IMG/VR virus record: IMGVR_UViG_3300001687_000010
DNA: 64,000 nucleotides
Source of the DNA: a virus
Taxonomy: Duplodnaviria; Heunggongvirae; Uroviricota; Caudoviricetes
Reading direction: 5' to 3' (one strand)
In this document: positions 62,297-64,000 of the stretch, one piece after another
How the letters are laid out: each line of letters starts with the position of its first letter
How positions within the stretch are numbered: the first letter of the stretch is position 1
Notes under the pieces: model-generated
Databases searched by the model: none
What the model was told of the DNA's origin: nothing
The model's input: only the letters and a program-made list of their open reading frames with translations
Position numbers and translations under genes: made by a program

Positions 62297-62741
62297 TGGA
62301 TGTACTTTGTGCTGTAAGGTATTAGATATCCCGTGGATGAATTCACCTGCCGGGGAATATTGTAAAGAATGTGAACCCGGAGTCGGTTGTAAAATATGGG
62401 ATAGCGTACCGGAACATTGTAAAAAATATAATTGCGCCTATCGTTTAGTTGAAAAGGTTAACATAAATTTAAGGCCGGATAAAAGCGGAGTGGTTTTTGA
62501 AAAAGCAACCGATAAGATATTTTTCGGGACTATTACCGAAGGTGTTTATATGTTAAATGAAGAAACAATAGCACAAATAAATAAATTTTTAGAAAAAGGA
62601 TTCTCGGTAGTTTTACGGCATTTAGAAATACGAGAACATTGTGTTTTTAATACAGAAGATAGAACGTCAGATGACGTATGGAAGGAATATAAAGAAGCGG
62701 TAAATAAATGGCAGGAATTCCAGCATATAAAACAGACTTAA
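62286..62741 (+). CDS. CxxCxxCC (YkgJ-like) cysteine-cluster protein, paralog 2
   Basis: MECDGCTLCCK...CKEC...CKIWDSVPEHCKKYNC...LRPDKSG. Confidence 0.8.
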   Translation: MECDGCTLCCKVLDIPWMNSPAGEYCKECEPGVGCKIWDSVPEHCKKYNCAYRLVEKVNINLRPDKSGVVFEKATDKIFFGTITEGVYMLNEETIAQINKFLEKGFSVVLRHLEIREHCVFNTEDRTSDDVWKEYKEAVNKWQEFQHIKQT

Positions 62742-64000
62742 AAGATATTAGTTTAAATGATGCGGTAGGAACTTGGGTTGAAATGCAAAACCATAAAGGT
62801 GGTGGTTCTCCCGTACAGGAACAAGACTATTTTATTCAGGGAACTGCTTGTGTATCACAATCAACTGGTACTTCTACCGGAACAGCGGCAGGAATGGCTA
62901 TGGATTATACCACACCCATACCCTCATGGCGAAGTGGATATGTTATTCTTATGTGGCAAGTTCTTTTGGCCGGTAATGCCGTTTTTCCATATGCTCAAGG
63001 TGGTTTGCGGATAGCAATAGGTTCTTCTAACACTGCTTATAATTTATGGAGAGTCGGTGGTTCAGATTTAGGAAGAAATCCATATGGTGGATGGCAAAAT
63101 ATAGCAGTCGACCCAACTTTATCTCCTGATTATGTAGAGGGTACACCAGCGGCCGGTGTTTATCAATGGTTCGGGAGTTTACCAAATTTGGCCGCTCAGA
63201 TTTCTAAAGGAAATCCACATGGAGTTGATGCGTTACGTTGGGGCCGGGGTGCTCTTAATGTATCAGCCGGTGAACCAAACAACCCTGCGACATTTAGAGG
63301 CATGGTTGCGGCAAACGATGCACAAGCTAATAGATGGGGTTTATTTCAAGGACAACCCGGTGGTTATTTATGGAAAGGAAAGATGCAAATCGGCAGTTCC
63401 TTTTCAGCGGCGACATCCGCATATTTTGTGGATGCTAACGCTAATATTACAGTAGATAATACGCCTAAAACATATCGTGAATTTAATAAAATTGAATTCG
63501 GAAATACTGCTTCTTATATATACTGGACAGGTGTAAATGTTCAAGCCGCTTCAGCTACACAATTATCTCGTGGTATTTTTGAAATAGCAGAAGATTGTGA
63601 CGCAACTTTAGATACTTGTGTTTTTACAGATATGGATTATTTTACATTCTTATCTATTAATCAGAGTATTCTTAATACCACATTTAGACGTTGTAATAAT
63701 GTTTTACAAAGCGGTGCGGTATTTACATCTTGTGTTTTTGAAGAAAGTACCGCAGGGATTGCCTTATCAGCAAACTCTCTTAATTATATTACATACTGCG
63801 ATTTCACAAGAGCAACAAATAGAGGTGGGCAAAGTCACGCTATATCTTGCAATATATCCGGTTCTTATAATTTTTACGGTAATACATTTAATGATTATGG
63901 CGCAAGCGGAACCGTATCAGCAGCTTTTTATAACAACTCGGGTGGGCTTATAACACTAAATGTTTTTGATGGTGGTGATTCTCCGACAGTTTATAATGCC
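62708..64000 (+). CDS. Large virion structural protein (partial), probable beta-helix C-terminal part
   Basis: Not in the track. Manual translation MAGIPAYKTDL... stays open to the window end (431 codons); G/T/N/S-rich, with CxF repeats. Confidence 0.8.
   Translation, partial: MAGIPAYKTDLKDISLNDAVGTWVEMQNHKGGGSPVQEQDYFIQGTACVSQSTGTSTGTAAGMAMDYTTPIPSWRSGYVILMWQVLLAGNAVFPYAQGGLRIAIGSSNTAYNLWRVGGSDLGRNPYGGWQNIAVDPTLSPDYVEGTPAAGVYQWFGSLPNLAAQISKGNPHGVDALRWGRGALNVSAGEPNNPATFRGMVAANDAQANRWGLFQGQPGGYLWKGKMQIGSSFSAATSAYFVDANANITVDNTPKTYREFNKIEFGNTASYIYWTGVNVQAASATQLSRGIFEIAEDCDATLDTCVFTDMDYFTFLSINQSILNTTFRRCNNVLQSGAVFTSCVFEESTAGIALSANSLNYITYCDFTRATNRGGQSHAISCNISGSYNFYGNTFNDYGASGTVSAAFYNNSGGLITLNVFDGGDSPTVYNA

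Noticed and set aside
1-64000. Alternative genetic code (stop-codon reassignment) as seen in some large phages
   Set aside because: Core genes (portal, MCP, sheath, terL) are full length under code 11, and coding density is high.

Overview
A 64 kb piece of a large T4-like (myovirus) phage genome, standard genetic code, with no tRNA, rRNA, CRISPR array or integrase that I could find. Most of ~29-59 kb (minus strand) is the T4-type morphogenesis cluster: gp48, tape-measure/hub, gp26, tail tube gp19, sheath gp18, gp3, gp15/14/13, large terminase, small terminase, major capsid gp23, scaffold gp22, protease gp21, portal gp20, gp2 and gp4. It is driven by T4-type late promoters (TATAAATA). 4.4-14.4 kb (minus) is a tail-fibre/receptor-binding region with Kelch propellers and a 10-copy peptide repeat. 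2.7-4.5 kb and 14.5-28.8 kb (plus) are early accessory genes under sigma70-like promoters (TTTACA/TTGACT-N17-TAnnnT), including ArdC, a TROVE/vWA (Ro60-like) protein, type IV pilin-like proteins, a HAD nucleotidase and DUF3310. Main highlights: (1) the Ro60-like gene is flanked by three covarying Y-RNA/tRNA-like hairpins with a conserved CAGCAA motif, one of which is complementary to a site in a late mRNA 30 kb away; (2) a complete PrkA-YeaH-SpoVR operon with its own early promoter is inserted between the terminase genes and is insulated from terL by a hairpin that buries the terL Shine-Dalgarno and overlaps a late promoter; (3) more than 20 small ORFs carry a T4-like capsid-targeting propeptide; (4) a U-UUU-UUA -1 frameshift site at gp26; (5) a tail gene split by a 19-bp tandem duplication. 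All family assignments come from motif recognition by eye, with no database searches.
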